This document shows positions 37,596-48,260 of a stretch of DNA of 55,805 bases, one piece after another (position 1 is the stretch's first letter; every line of letters starts with the position of its first letter). Source of the DNA: Nitrospinaceae bacterium (GTDB lineage: Bacteria; Nitrospinota; Nitrospinia; Nitrospinales; VA-1); the NCBI GenBank assembly GCA_029261695.1, contig JAJDAV010000039.1:1-55805 (forward strand), read 5' to 3'. The notes beneath the pieces are model-generated. The model was not told where the DNA came from. It did not search any database and saw only the letters and a program-made list of their open reading frames with translations. A program made the position numbers and the translations under genes.

Positions 37596-38549
37596 ATGAG
37601 TGATGTGAAGAACGTTGTTATTGTCGGCTCAGGGCCAGCAGGTCATACGGCTGCTATTTATGCTGCCAGAGCGAACTTAGAACCCTTTATGTTTGAAGGA
37701 TACATGTTGGGTGGGTCGGCAGGAGGACAACTGACAACAACAACAGAAGTTGAAAATTATCCAGGGTTTCCCGAGGGGGTTGAAGGTCCCGAGTTGATGC
37801 AGCTTTTCCGAAAACAGTCGGAACGATTTGGAACAGAAATGGTTCAAGAAGATGTCATCGAAGCTGACTTGAGTAAATCACCTTTTACTCTTAAAACAGA
37901 AAACCGGGAAGTAAAAGCTCATTCGGTAATTATTTCTACTGGAGCAACCGCCAAGCGCATGGGTGTTCCCAATGAAGAGAAAATGTGGAACAACGGTATG
38001 TCAGCTTGCGCAGTTTGTGATGGTGCATTGCCTATGTTTCGTAATCAACCTTTGATGGTAATTGGCGGTGGCGACACAGCGGTGGAAGAGGCGAGCTACC
38101 TCACTAAATTTGGTTCCGTGGTTTATATGGTACATCGGAGAGATGTACTTCGAGCTTCAAAAATTATGCAGGAACGCGCATTGAAAAATCCAAAACTTGA
38201 AATCTTATGGGATTCGGTATTGGATGATGCTATTGGAGCAGATTATGTTACAGGCGCAAAAATAACCAATATAAAAACCAATGAAACGCGTGAAATAGAT
38301 GTGACAGGAATTTTTTATGCCATTGGCCATACTCCTAATACCAGTATCTTTAACGGCCAGCTGGATCTGGACGATGCAGGTTATATAAAAATCAAGCCAG
38401 GCACTCAGGAAACCAGTGTTGAAGGGGTTTTTGCTGCGGGTGACGTGCACGACCACAAGTACCGTCAGGCCATTACTGCTGCCGGGACAGGTTGTGCCGC
38501 AGCTCTTGAAGTTGAAAGATGGTTAGCTGAAAAGGGATTAGGTGAATAA
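37596..38549 (+). CDS. trxB: Thioredoxin reductase
   Basis: GSGPAG; CAVC; GGGDTA; AAGDV; ATG 37596 with SD AAAGG. Confidence 0.97.
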   Translation: MSDVKNVVIVGSGPAGHTAAIYAARANLEPFMFEGYMLGGSAGGQLTTTTEVENYPGFPEGVEGPELMQLFRKQSERFGTEMVQEDVIEADLSKSPFTLKTENREVKAHSVIISTGATAKRMGVPNEEKMWNNGMSACAVCDGALPMFRNQPLMVIGGGDTAVEEASYLTKFGSVVYMVHRRDVLRASKIMQERALKNPKLEILWDSVLDDAIGADYVTGAKITNIKTNETREIDVTGIFYAIGHTPNTSIFNGQLDLDDAGYIKIKPGTQETSVEGVFAAGDVHDHKYRQAITAAGTGCAAALEVERWLAEKGLGE

Positions 38550-39591
38550 AGATTCTTTTTCAGAACTGGAACTATTAATAAAAAACCTGCGACAAACCCA
38601 GGAACAGGGAAACTTCTCATCCCAATTGGAAAAGACAGGGGACGATAGTGTCGATCCGCTGATTGAAGTGCTCAATTCTCTTTTTCAGGAAATTAATAAA
38701 AGGGATGAAAAAATTGCGCTTCAAAAAAAATCCCTTAAATCACAGATAGAAATTCATACCGCTGAGCTAGAAGATAGCAATAAGAAATTGGCCCTTGATA
38801 AACGTGAAGCTGAAACTTCCAGCCTCAGCAAATCGGTCTTTCTTGCCAATCTTAGCCATGAGCTAAGAACCCCCATCAATCATATTATCGGTTATAGCGA
38901 AATGCTTCAGGAAGAAATGCAAGACGAAGGTCTTGAGGATTTTCTTCTCGATATTGAAAAAATTCGTGCCTCAAGTCGTAGTCTAATGAAATGGGTTGAG
39001 GAAATAATTGATCTTTCAAAAATTGAATCTGGACGGTCTGAATTGCAGCATCAGGAATTTTTGGTAGAGGATTTGGTTAAAGACCTTACCCAGAAAACCC
39101 AAGAAGATTTAAATCAAACCGGAAACGAGCTTCATACTCACTGCCCCGATGGTATGGGGGGAATAAATGGAGACAAAGAAAGAATTTCTCGGGCATTGTT
39201 TAATTTAATTGTTAATGCTTGCCATACTACCAAACAAGGTGAAATTCACTTAAATGTAAGCAGTGAACAGGTCGATGGAATAGGCTGGATTTCTTTTGAG
39301 GTCAGGGACACCGGTGCGGGAATAAATCCCAAGATTCTTGAAAACCTTTTTAAAAGTTACACCCAAGCAGATGAAAATTTGTCGAGTGGGTTCGGCGGCG
39401 AGGCATTGATGTTGGCTATTTGCCATCGATTAAGCTTGGTGATGGGTGGGAATATATTGGCCGAAAGTGAATTGGGTGTGGGTTCTAAATTTACTCTTCG
39501 CTTGCCTATGGATATGAAATTGCATCTTTCCAAACCACATGTAGTACGCGCGACCAACCTTTTCATCCAAGATATCCTTAAAATGAAATAG
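38542..39591 (+). CDS. Soluble histidine kinase-like protein (HisKA + HATPase)
   Basis: H-box FLANLSHELRTP; G1 DTGAGI; degenerate N, F and G2 boxes. Confidence 0.85.
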   Translation: MNKDSFSELELLIKNLRQTQEQGNFSSQLEKTGDDSVDPLIEVLNSLFQEINKRDEKIALQKKSLKSQIEIHTAELEDSNKKLALDKREAETSSLSKSVFLANLSHELRTPINHIIGYSEMLQEEMQDEGLEDFLLDIEKIRASSRSLMKWVEEIIDLSKIESGRSELQHQEFLVEDLVKDLTQKTQEDLNQTGNELHTHCPDGMGGINGDKERISRALFNLIVNACHTTKQGEIHLNVSSEQVDGIGWISFEVRDTGAGINPKILENLFKSYTQADENLSSGFGGEALMLAICHRLSLVMGGNILAESELGVGSKFTLRLPMDMKLHLSKPHVVRATNLFIQDILKMK

Positions 39592-39706
39592 CTCACAAGC
39601 TTGAATGGTTTTTTAGTTTCCCTCCTTTGTTTGTTCAACCTTGACAATATTAATTCCCGATTTTATCTAGTTATAGAAGGAAAAAATTTCTAGTTGAGGT
39701 GATGTT

Positions 39707-42334
39707 ATGCGCTTTGAACAAATGACCATTAAATTACAGGAAGCTTTCTCAAATGCCCAGAGTTTCTGTGCCCGGGAAGGACATCAGGCTATAGAGGCAG
39801 AACATTTAGTGCTGTCGCTTATCGGAGATGCAGATGGCATAACTCATGCCTTGATCAAGAAAATCGGCGTTGACCCAAATGCTGTTGCACTCAAGGTAGA
39901 AGAGGCGGTAAAAAAATATCCCCGAGTATCTGGAGGTGGAAAAGTTTATGTTTCAGATACTCTTTCAGAAGTAGGAGTGAAAGCTGAAGAAGAAGCTCAA
40001 AACATGCAGGATGAGTTTTTAAGTGCAGAACATTTTTTGCTCGCGTTATCCAATCATAAAAAGACACGTGATTTTTTTAAATCTTTTGGGGTTACCCACG
40101 ATGCTTTGTTGAAAGGACTACAGTCTCTCCGGGGCAGTCAAAGGGTTACAGACCAAGATCCAGAAAGTAAATTTCAAGTTCTTGACAAGTATTGCGTGGA
40201 TCTTACAAAAGCGGCTCGCTCTGGAAAACTTGATCCAGTTATTGGAAGAGACGGAGAAATTCGCAGGGTCATTCAAGTTTTATCCCGACGAACAAAGAAT
40301 AATCCCGTTTTAATTGGAGAGCCTGGGGTGGGTAAAACTGCCATCATTGAAGGGTTGGCCCAGCGAGTTACACATAAAGATGTTCCAGAAAGCTTATTGG
40401 ATAAGAGAATATTGTCTTTGGACTTGGCCCAACTGGTAGCTGGCGCTAAATACCGGGGTGAATTTGAAGATAGACTGAAGTCAGTGCTTAAGGAAATAAC
40501 CGCAGCGGCAGGCGAGATAATACTCTTTATAGATGAGTTGCATACCTTGGTGGGAGCGGGAGCCTCTGAAGGTTCTATGGATGCCTCGAACATGTTGAAG
40601 CCTGCTTTGGCAAGGGGAGAGTTGCATTGCGTGGGTGCTACCACTTTGAATGAATATCGAAAGTACATAGAAAAAGATGCTGCATTAGAGCGTCGTTTTC
40701 AACCTGTACCAATTGGTGAACCTAGTGTTGCAGATACTGTTTCAATATTGCGGGGTCTTAAGGGGAAATACGAAGTGCATCATGGTGTACGTATTCAAGA
40801 CGCTGCGATTTTGGCCGCTGCCAAACTTTCACAGCGCTATATATCTGATAGGTTTCTTCCAGATAAGGCCATTGATCTGATAGACGAGGCAGCTTCATGC
40901 TTAAAGATGCAAATTGATTCAATGCCTGCTGAAATCGATGAGTACCAAAGGAAAATCACACAATTAGAAATTGAACGTGAAGCATTGAAAAAAGAAAAGG
41001 ACAAAGAATCTGTTGCCAGGTTAGAAGTTTTGGAAAAAGAGATTTTGGAAGTAAATGAAAAATGTTCTTTTTTGAAAGAGCAATGGAAACATGAGAAAAA
41101 AATAATTGAAGAAAAGCGGTCATTAAAGGAAAAACTACAAAAGGCCACAGAAGATAATGAAAATGCTGAAAGAGAAGGCCGGCTCGAAGAAGCTGCTGAA
41201 CTTAAATATGGAACTCTTCCTCGCTTGACGCGTGAGTTGCAAGGACTTGAAGAAGCTCTAGAAAAAGCTGATCATGGCGAGAAACTTTTAAATGAGGAAG
41301 TAGGGGAAGAAGATATTTCAAGAATAGTGTCTCGTTGGACCGGCATTCCCGTTGAAAGAATGTTGCAGTCCGAGAAACAAAGATTGCTTGATATGGAAAG
41401 TGTTCTGCATAAACAAGTCATTGGACAGGATGATGCTGTAAGGTTGGTTTCAAATTCCATTCGGCGTGCCAGGGCAGGTCTTCAGGATCCCAATCGACCG
41501 ATTGGCAGCTTTATGTTTCTTGGGCCTACTGGAGTAGGGAAGACTCAACTAGCTCGTTCCTTGGCTGAATTTCTTTTTCAAGATGAACAGGCAATGGTAC
41601 GTGTCGATATGTCGGAATATATGGAAAAACACTCTATATCTCGTCTCATTGGTGCTCCTCCAGGTTATGTGGGACACGAGGAAGGAGGCTTTTTGACAGA
41701 GCATGTTCGGCGTCGGCCTTATACTGTGGTGCTGTTGGATGAAATTGAAAAAGCACATCCAGATGTTTTTAATTTGTTTTTACAAATTTTGGATGAGGGA
41801 CGTTTGACAGATGGCCAGGGAAAGACTGTGGACTTTAAAAATACGGTAATTCTCATGACTTCGAATCTTGGCAGCAAATTTATTGAGCAATCTGGATTAG
41901 AGGCTGCAGAGAGAGAAACTGCAGGAGAAGCCAAGGACGTTTGGGAACGAGAATATGAAAAGGTTCAAGATGCAGTGAGGCAGGAGCTACGGAATCATTT
42001 TCGTCCTGAGTTTTTAAACCGGATAGATGATATTGTTTTGTTTAAAAACCTGACTCGTGATCAGATTCAGGACATTGTTGAAGTCCAATTAAAAGACTTA
42101 AAGAAACGTCTTGCGGACAGGAATATTTCCCTTGAACTTAGCGATAAAGTGAAAGAGATGCTTGCTGAAAAAGGGTATGATCCCATTTTTGGTGCTCGAC
42201 CTCTGAAAAGGGCAATACAAAAATATTTACAAGACCCTCTTTCTATGAAAATTCTACAAGAAGATTTTCAAGATGGTGATGTAATAAGTGTAGACACAGA
42301 CAATGATACTCTGGTCTTTAAAAATGGGTTTTAG
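39707..42334 (+). CDS. clpB: ATP-dependent chaperone ClpB
   Basis: GEPGVGKT and GPTGVGKT Walker A motifs; coiled-coil middle domain; GARPLKR. Confidence 0.97.
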   Translation: MRFEQMTIKLQEAFSNAQSFCAREGHQAIEAEHLVLSLIGDADGITHALIKKIGVDPNAVALKVEEAVKKYPRVSGGGKVYVSDTLSEVGVKAEEEAQNMQDEFLSAEHFLLALSNHKKTRDFFKSFGVTHDALLKGLQSLRGSQRVTDQDPESKFQVLDKYCVDLTKAARSGKLDPVIGRDGEIRRVIQVLSRRTKNNPVLIGEPGVGKTAIIEGLAQRVTHKDVPESLLDKRILSLDLAQLVAGAKYRGEFEDRLKSVLKEITAAAGEIILFIDELHTLVGAGASEGSMDASNMLKPALARGELHCVGATTLNEYRKYIEKDAALERRFQPVPIGEPSVADTVSILRGLKGKYEVHHGVRIQDAAILAAAKLSQRYISDRFLPDKAIDLIDEAASCLKMQIDSMPAEIDEYQRKITQLEIEREALKKEKDKESVARLEVLEKEILEVNEKCSFLKEQWKHEKKIIEEKRSLKEKLQKATEDNENAEREGRLEEAAELKYGTLPRLTRELQGLEEALEKADHGEKLLNEEVGEEDISRIVSRWTGIPVERMLQSEKQRLLDMESVLHKQVIGQDDAVRLVSNSIRRARAGLQDPNRPIGSFMFLGPTGVGKTQLARSLAEFLFQDEQAMVRVDMSEYMEKHSISRLIGAPPGYVGHEEGGFLTEHVRRRPYTVVLLDEIEKAHPDVFNLFLQILDEGRLTDGQGKTVDFKNTVILMTSNLGSKFIEQSGLEAAERETAGEAKDVWEREYEKVQDAVRQELRNHFRPEFLNRIDDIVLFKNLTRDQIQDIVEVQLKDLKKRLADRNISLELSDKVKEMLAEKGYDPIFGARPLKRAIQKYLQDPLSMKILQEDFQDGDVISVDTDNDTLVFKNGF

Positions 42335-42356
42335 TATGTAATTATTTATGAATTAC

Positions 42357-42566
42357 TTAGTACGTATCATCCCCCACATTTTCTAGGGAGGGGCTGGTTT
42401 TTTTAATACTCTTCCTTGAATTTCCTTTTCTAGATGTTCTTGAAAAGGAATTGCAGTTTTCCTCTAGAATTTTAAAATTTTCCCAATGTCTACGCTTTAA
42501 TTCGTTACCGGAAATTATTTTTTTAAGATTTCCTAAAGCATCCAAAACTTTGGTTTCATGGAACAT
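42357..42566 (-). CDS. Small hypothetical protein (69 aa)
   Basis: ATG with SD GGAGA 6 nt upstream; occupies an intergenic gap convergent with clpB. Confidence 0.5.
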   Translation of the reverse strand: MFHETKVLDALGNLKKIISGNELKRRHWENFKILEENCNSFSRTSRKGNSRKSIKKTSPSLENVGDDTY

Positions 42567-42780
42567 ATTATTTCTCCATAGTTATTGGTATTTGAATTTA
42601 TTACGTTTGAGGTTTATTTATATTAACAGCAAATGTTAGTTTGTAAAGGGTTATTATCCATTAAACCTTGAAATAATGAGGGTTCCTGAAGAAGTTAATT
42701 TCCAAGGAAAAAAACTCAATTTTTAGGGATAGAAAGGGTATATTTATGTTCAAGTAAGATTAAAAATAAAGGAGTTAATT

Positions 42781-43341
42781 TTGAAAAACAGAACTCAAGT
42801 TGTAAAAATTAGAAGAGTATTATTTTTCATATTTGTAACCCTTTTTTTGGCGCAAAACGCATTTGCAGCTACTGCGAGAGAAATAGATGTCAGCGTAGAT
42901 GTCGCACTTGAGAGATTTTATAAAGAAGTTCCTGGAAGCAAAAGTTTTGCAAAAAAGGCAAATGCTATTTTGGTTTTCCCTTCTGTTATAAAAGCAGGAA
43001 TAGGGATAGGTGGAGAATATGGTGAAGGTGCATTAAGAATAGGTGGGAAAACAGTAGATTATTACAACACTATAGCAGCCTCAATTGGATTTCAATTAGG
43101 AGCGCAAGCCAAGAGTATTGTATTGCTATTCATGAGCAGTGATGCCTTGAAAGAATTTCGAAATAGCGAGGGTTGGAAAGCCGGGGTCGATGGTTCGGTA
43201 GCATTAATAGAACTAGGAATGGGTGATTCTTTGGACACTACCAATTTTAAAGATCCGATAATCGCTTTTGTGTTCGGTCAAAAAGGTTTAATGTACAATC
43301 TCACCCTTGAAGGTTCAAAGTTTAATAAATTAAAGAAATAA
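42781..43341 (+). CDS. Exported Ysc84/SYLF-domain protein
   Basis: Signal ending AFA|A; LVFPSVIKAGIGIGGEYGEGAL; SIGFQLGAQ; GLMYNLTLEGSKF. Confidence 0.88.
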   Translation: MKNRTQVVKIRRVLFFIFVTLFLAQNAFAATAREIDVSVDVALERFYKEVPGSKSFAKKANAILVFPSVIKAGIGIGGEYGEGALRIGGKTVDYYNTIAASIGFQLGAQAKSIVLLFMSSDALKEFRNSEGWKAGVDGSVALIELGMGDSLDTTNFKDPIIAFVFGQKGLMYNLTLEGSKFNKLKK

Positions 43342-43365
43342 TTTCTATTTTCCCTCCGGAACTCT

Positions 43366-44667
43366 ATGTCGCGCCTATCTCTCGATTTTTCAAATCTAAA
43401 AAGTTTCGTTTCCGAAAAAGATCTGGAATCTATCTTAGCTAATATTGGGTCTTGCCATGAAATGCTGGAAAAAGGGCATGGTCCGGGATCTGACTTTCTT
43501 GGATGGAGAAAACCAGGTATTTCAGAGTCAGTCCGTGCCGAAATCGAAGAGGTAGCACGCTCTCTCCGCAAGCAATGTGAAATTTTTATAGTGGTAGGAA
43601 TAGGGGGTTCCTACATTGGAGCTCAAGCGGGGCGGACATTTTTAAAATCCTCTTTCCCAAATAATATTGGAAAAGAGGGTAGTCCAGAAATCTATTTTTC
43701 CGGGCATAATATTAGCTCAGATTATCATGCCGATTTACTCCAGTTAATCGAAGGGCGCGATATCTGTGTGAATGTAATTTCTAAATCAGGAACAACCACA
43801 GAACCTGCCATTGCATTTCGTCTCTTAAAAGAACAGATAGAAAAAAAATATGGTTCTAAACAAGCCAAGGAAAGAATCGTTGTTACCACGGACTCTAGTA
43901 AGGGAGCTCTAAATCAACTAGCCAATGAGTATGGCTATCGCAAATTTGTGATTCCAGATGATATGGGTGGAAGATTCTCGGTTTTGTCACCTGTTGGGCT
44001 TTTACCAATGGCAGTTTCAGGTGTTGATATTGGTGAAGTAATGGCAGGGGCTGTGAGAGGAGAGGAGCTTTATTCAAGACCCTCAGTGATGGATAATGAG
44101 GCCTATCGTTATGCGGGGTTTCGTCACTTACTCTACCAAAAGGGATGGACTACTGAGATTCTAGCTACATTTCAACCTGCGTTACATCATTTTGCAGAAT
44201 GGTGGAAACAGTTGGCCGGAGAAAGCGAAGGCAAAGATCTGAAGGGCATTTTCCCTGCATCCGTAGAGTTTACGACCGATCTCCATTCTATGGGGCAATG
44301 GATTCAAGATGGAAGGCGAACCATTTTTGAAACATTTTTGCTTGTCGAAAAATCTATGAGAAATTTGAAAATACCTGCTTCCCAAAATGATGCGGACGGT
44401 TTAAACTACCTCGCTGGAAAAACCTTAGATCACGTTAACAATAAGGCCTATGAAGGTACTGCTCTGGCGCACACAGAAGGCGGAGTGCCAAATCTATCTA
44501 TAACCATTAAAGATCGTTCGCCTGAGTCATTGGGGCAATTGTTTTATTTTTTTGAGAGAGCTGTCGCAATGACCGGTTATTTAAATGGAGTTAATCCGTT
44601 TGACCAGCCAGGTGTTGAATTTTATAAAAGTAATATGTTCAAGCTTTTGAATAAACCCGGATATTAG
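43366..44667 (+). CDS. pgi: Glucose-6-phosphate isomerase
   Basis: VGIGGSYIG; SKSGTTTEP; GGRFSVL; ESEGK; NPFDQPGVE. Confidence 0.97.
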   Translation: MSRLSLDFSNLKSFVSEKDLESILANIGSCHEMLEKGHGPGSDFLGWRKPGISESVRAEIEEVARSLRKQCEIFIVVGIGGSYIGAQAGRTFLKSSFPNNIGKEGSPEIYFSGHNISSDYHADLLQLIEGRDICVNVISKSGTTTEPAIAFRLLKEQIEKKYGSKQAKERIVVTTDSSKGALNQLANEYGYRKFVIPDDMGGRFSVLSPVGLLPMAVSGVDIGEVMAGAVRGEELYSRPSVMDNEAYRYAGFRHLLYQKGWTTEILATFQPALHHFAEWWKQLAGESEGKDLKGIFPASVEFTTDLHSMGQWIQDGRRTIFETFLLVEKSMRNLKIPASQNDADGLNYLAGKTLDHVNNKAYEGTALAHTEGGVPNLSITIKDRSPESLGQLFYFFERAVAMTGYLNGVNPFDQPGVEFYKSNMFKLLNKPGY

Positions 44668-44680
44668 AAAGGATTGAATC

Positions 44681-45925
44681 ATGGAAACTGTTAGTCAAAA
44701 GCTGGATGAGGTATTGCATGCTTTGGCTTATGAGAAGATCGAAGGCGATGCCCCCCAAGTGAACTCAGATCCTTTACTGGCGAGATTAACTTCATTGGGA
44801 AGTGAAGTTTGGGTGGATACTGGCGAACTAGAAAAAGCTCAAGATATCTGGAAACAGGAAATGACAGCTCTGACGACCAACAACACTCTGGCTAATCAGG
44901 TTGTTCAAAGTGGCATCATGGATGAAGTCATTGAAGATACTATCCAAAAAATACGAAACGAAGGACTCGAACTTTCTGAAGAAGAACTCATTCTCGAAGT
45001 TGGCTTTGTTATTAACTGTAAAATTGCATTGCGATTGGTGCAAGCCTTTAAGGTGAAAGTCAGCGTAGAATTACATCCGGCAATCTCAAGGAATATTGAA
45101 CGTACCTTGCATTACGGCAGAAGATATTTCAAAGTATGCCCAGAATTTTTTATAGTTAAGGTTCCCCTTACCCCAGAAGGATATCTTGCGGTTAGGAAAT
45201 TAACACAGGAAAATATTCCGATAAACTTCACTCTCGGTTTTTCAGCCCGACAAAATTATCTTGCAGCCCGATTATCTAATCCAGACTTTGTGAATGTTTT
45301 TTTGGGTAGGTTAAACCAAGTGGTGATAGGCCACAAAGCGGGTTCTGGAGATCAAGTGGGCGAAAAGGTCACACTGGCAACTCAAAATGCCCTTATTAAT
45401 GCAAGAGAGAAGTACAAAGAGGTGCGATCTCGATTAATTGGGGCAAGTGTCAGAAGTGGCGAGCAGGTAGCGTTTCTTGCAGGAATGGATGTGTTGACCA
45501 TTCCACCAAAGGCGATCAAAGAATATCAGGAGTCAGGGAAGTCCCCCGATCAGGTGACATCGCATTTGAATGAAGACATCGTTCCGGGTATAGATTCCAG
45601 TCATCCATTGGCTAAGCGATTTCCATGTTTATGGGAAATGCCTGAGAAGTTTATTTCTTTTGTTGATGCTTTAATGAAGTTAGATGGACTAGACAACATG
45701 CAGGGAAAGGAATTGGTAGAGTTTTGTCGCAAGCATGACATGAATTTATTTCACGATTTTAGTGATGCGGAGTTTAAGCAAATATATGATTATGGGAAGA
45801 TACCATGTTTGGATAATTGGTCAGAATCTATTGCTCTAGATGATTTGATGACCCAATCAGCCTTGCAATCGTTTACTAAAGATCAAAACTCACTGGATGA
45901 TCGTATTCGATCGTTTTTAAAGTAA
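44681..45925 (+). CDS. Transaldolase family protein
   Basis: WVDTG; LTTNN; Schiff-base Lys VKVPLTPEG; NFTLGFS; VFLGRL; GASVRS. Confidence 0.85.
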   Translation: METVSQKLDEVLHALAYEKIEGDAPQVNSDPLLARLTSLGSEVWVDTGELEKAQDIWKQEMTALTTNNTLANQVVQSGIMDEVIEDTIQKIRNEGLELSEEELILEVGFVINCKIALRLVQAFKVKVSVELHPAISRNIERTLHYGRRYFKVCPEFFIVKVPLTPEGYLAVRKLTQENIPINFTLGFSARQNYLAARLSNPDFVNVFLGRLNQVVIGHKAGSGDQVGEKVTLATQNALINAREKYKEVRSRLIGASVRSGEQVAFLAGMDVLTIPPKAIKEYQESGKSPDQVTSHLNEDIVPGIDSSHPLAKRFPCLWEMPEKFISFVDALMKLDGLDNMQGKELVEFCRKHDMNLFHDFSDAEFKQIYDYGKIPCLDNWSESIALDDLMTQSALQSFTKDQNSLDDRIRSFLK

Positions 45926-45942
45926 ATGATGATTGTTAGCAT

Positions 45943-46926
45943 ATGATACTTGCCGGAGATATCGGGGGAACCAAAACCTATTTAGCTTTGTATGATGAAA
46001 ATGTAAATTGGTTGGAGAATATAGTTCGATTTGAAAACCGAAATTACCCCGACTTTGATTCCATCCTTGAAGAATTTTTTCAAGGTAATCGCAAAAGACC
46101 CGAAAAAGTTTGCTTGGGAGTAGCAGGGCCAATAGTGAATGGCAGTTCTGACCTGACAAATATTGACTGGAGAATTGATGCGGGCCGCTTGGAAAAAGAA
46201 TTTGATACGGTCTTTTTGATTAATGATTTGGTTGCCACGGCCTGCGCGGTTCCATTTCTTGAAGATGAAGATATTGCAATATTGCAAACAGGAAAAACCT
46301 CGAGCAAGGGTCGCATATCGGTAGTCGCTGCTGGTACAGGTCTTGGTGAAGCTTTTTTAATTCCAGCAGGGGAGGACAAATATTACGTTTTGGACTCCGA
46401 AGGCGGACATGCTGATTTTTCTCCAAGAAATAAACTTGAGACGGAGTTGTTACTATTTCTCAAAAGAAAATTCTCGAGGATTAGTATTGAGCAAGTCGTG
46501 TCGGGTCCCGGTTTGATTCACATATTCGAATTTGTTAAGGAAAAATTTTCGATTAATGAATCGGTGGATTGGGAGAATGGGTTGCCAGAAGAGAAGCTGG
46601 CCTCTGAAATTATTAATCGAGCAGTACATAACCAGTCGCAAGTATGTGAAAAAACACTTCTCCTGTTTGCAGAACTGTATGGTGCCCTTGCAGGTAACCT
46701 GGCATTGCAGTTTTTAGCAAAGGGTGGAGTATATTTGGGGGGAGGGATTGCCCCAAAAATTTTACCGTTTTTGACCAACGGGAAATTTATTGAAGGATTT
46801 TTGTCTAAAAATAAATTTGAGAATTTGTTGGCTGATATTCCTGTGAAGGTGATTTTAAATGAAAAAGCCGCGCTGCTTGGTGCGGCACGATATGCTTTAG
46901 GTGAACGATTCAAAATCATTAACTAA
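45943..46926 (+). CDS. glk: Glucokinase
   Basis: LAGDIGGT; LINDL; GTGLGEA; SEGGH; GGVYLGGGIAPK. Confidence 0.96.
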   Translation: MILAGDIGGTKTYLALYDENVNWLENIVRFENRNYPDFDSILEEFFQGNRKRPEKVCLGVAGPIVNGSSDLTNIDWRIDAGRLEKEFDTVFLINDLVATACAVPFLEDEDIAILQTGKTSSKGRISVVAAGTGLGEAFLIPAGEDKYYVLDSEGGHADFSPRNKLETELLLFLKRKFSRISIEQVVSGPGLIHIFEFVKEKFSINESVDWENGLPEEKLASEIINRAVHNQSQVCEKTLLLFAELYGALAGNLALQFLAKGGVYLGGGIAPKILPFLTNGKFIEGFLSKNKFENLLADIPVKVILNEKAALLGAARYALGERFKIIN

Positions 46927-46971
46927 TTTGATCTCTATATATTTAGAGGCCCTTTAACTTAGAAGATAACT

Positions 46972-48177
46972 ATGGGAAACACGATTAAAAAAATTGTATT
47001 GGCTTACTCTGGAGGTTTGGATACCTCTGTCATAATTAAATGGCTGAAGGAAAAATATAATTGCGAGATTATTGCCTTTGCTGCAGATGTGGGACAAGGA
47101 CAGGAATTAGACCCTGTTAGAGAAAAAGCTTTGGCAACGGGTGCAAGTAAAGTTTATATCGAGGACTTGCGCGAAGAATTTGCCTCCGACTTTGTTTTTC
47201 CAATGTTGAGAGCCAATGCATTTTATGAGCATAATTATCTACTCGGAACTTCTATTGCAAGGCCCCTGATTGCTAAAGAACAAATCCGAATTGCAAAATT
47301 AGAAAATGCTGATGGCGTTTCCCATGGTTCCACAGGAAAAGGAAACGACCAAGTCAGATTCGAGTTGGCCTATCATACTTTGAACCCAGAAATTGTTATT
47401 GTAGCTCCATGGAGAGAGTGGGACTTGAATTCCCGGACGGCTTTAATTGACTATGCCGTTACTCATGGAATCCCTGTTCCAGTAACAAAATCCAAACCCT
47501 ACAGTATGGATAGGAATCTGTTTCACATTAGCTACGAAGGTGGCGTTTTGGAAGACCCTTGGGTAGGTCCGGACGACGATATGTTTCTATTGTCTGTTTC
47601 TCCAGAAAATGCTCCAGATAGCCCAACAGAAATTGAAATTCAATATGAGGCAGGCAATCCAGTAGCGGTGAATGGAGAGAAATTGAGTCCAGCCAAGCTA
47701 TTGGAAAAGCTTAATGAATTTGGTGGCCAGAATGGAATTGGGCGGATTGATATTGTTGAAAACCGATTCGTGGGCATGAAGTCACGCGGTATTTATGAAA
47801 CTCCCGGAGGCACTATTTTACATCAGGCACATCGTGCTATGGAGTCTATTACCCTGGATCGTGAAGTGACTTTCTTACGTGATTCATTGATCCCTGCTTA
47901 TGCACGCATGATCTATAACGGATTCTGGTTTTCACCTGAAAGGGAGCTTTTACAGCAAACGATTGATCAGTCGCAGATTCATGTTACCGGAGAGGTTCGC
48001 CTGAAACTGTATAAGGGGAACTGTATTGTTCTGGGCAGGAAAGCTGAGAAATCTTTATATAACGAAAATATAGCTAGTTTTGAGGCAAACCATGGATATA
48101 GCCAGAATGATGCAGATGGTTTTATTAAACTAAATGCATTACGATTAAAGCTTTATGCAGAAACTTTTGGTCGTTGA
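46972..48177 (+). CDS. argG: Argininosuccinate synthase
   Basis: [10 protein letters not shown]; [12 protein letters not shown]; SRGIYETPG. Confidence 0.98.
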   Translation: MGNTIKKIVLAYSGGLDTSVIIKWLKEKYNCEIIAFAADVGQGQELDPVREKALATGASKVYIEDLREEFASDFVFPMLRANAFYEHNYLLGTSIARPLIAKEQIRIAKLENADGVSHGSTGKGNDQVRFELAYHTLNPEIVIVAPWREWDLNSRTALIDYAVTHGIPVPVTKSKPYSMDRNLFHISYEGGVLEDPWVGPDDDMFLLSVSPENAPDSPTEIEIQYEAGNPVAVNGEKLSPAKLLEKLNEFGGQNGIGRIDIVENRFVGMKSRGIYETPGGTILHQAHRAMESITLDREVTFLRDSLIPAYARMIYNGFWFSPERELLQQTIDQSQIHVTGEVRLKLYKGNCIVLGRKAEKSLYNENIASFEANHGYSQNDADGFIKLNALRLKLYAETFGR

Positions 48178-48260
48178 AAGTTGATCCTTCTTTAAATTAG
48201 TTCTATAAAAATTTAATCCCCTTATTGCTTTATGGGGAAGAGTGGAGATAGAATTATAGT

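Noticed and set aside
39641-39670. TTGACA upstream of clpB as a promoter or heat-shock element
   Set aside because: No convincing -10 at 16-18 bp and no CIRCE inverted repeat visible.
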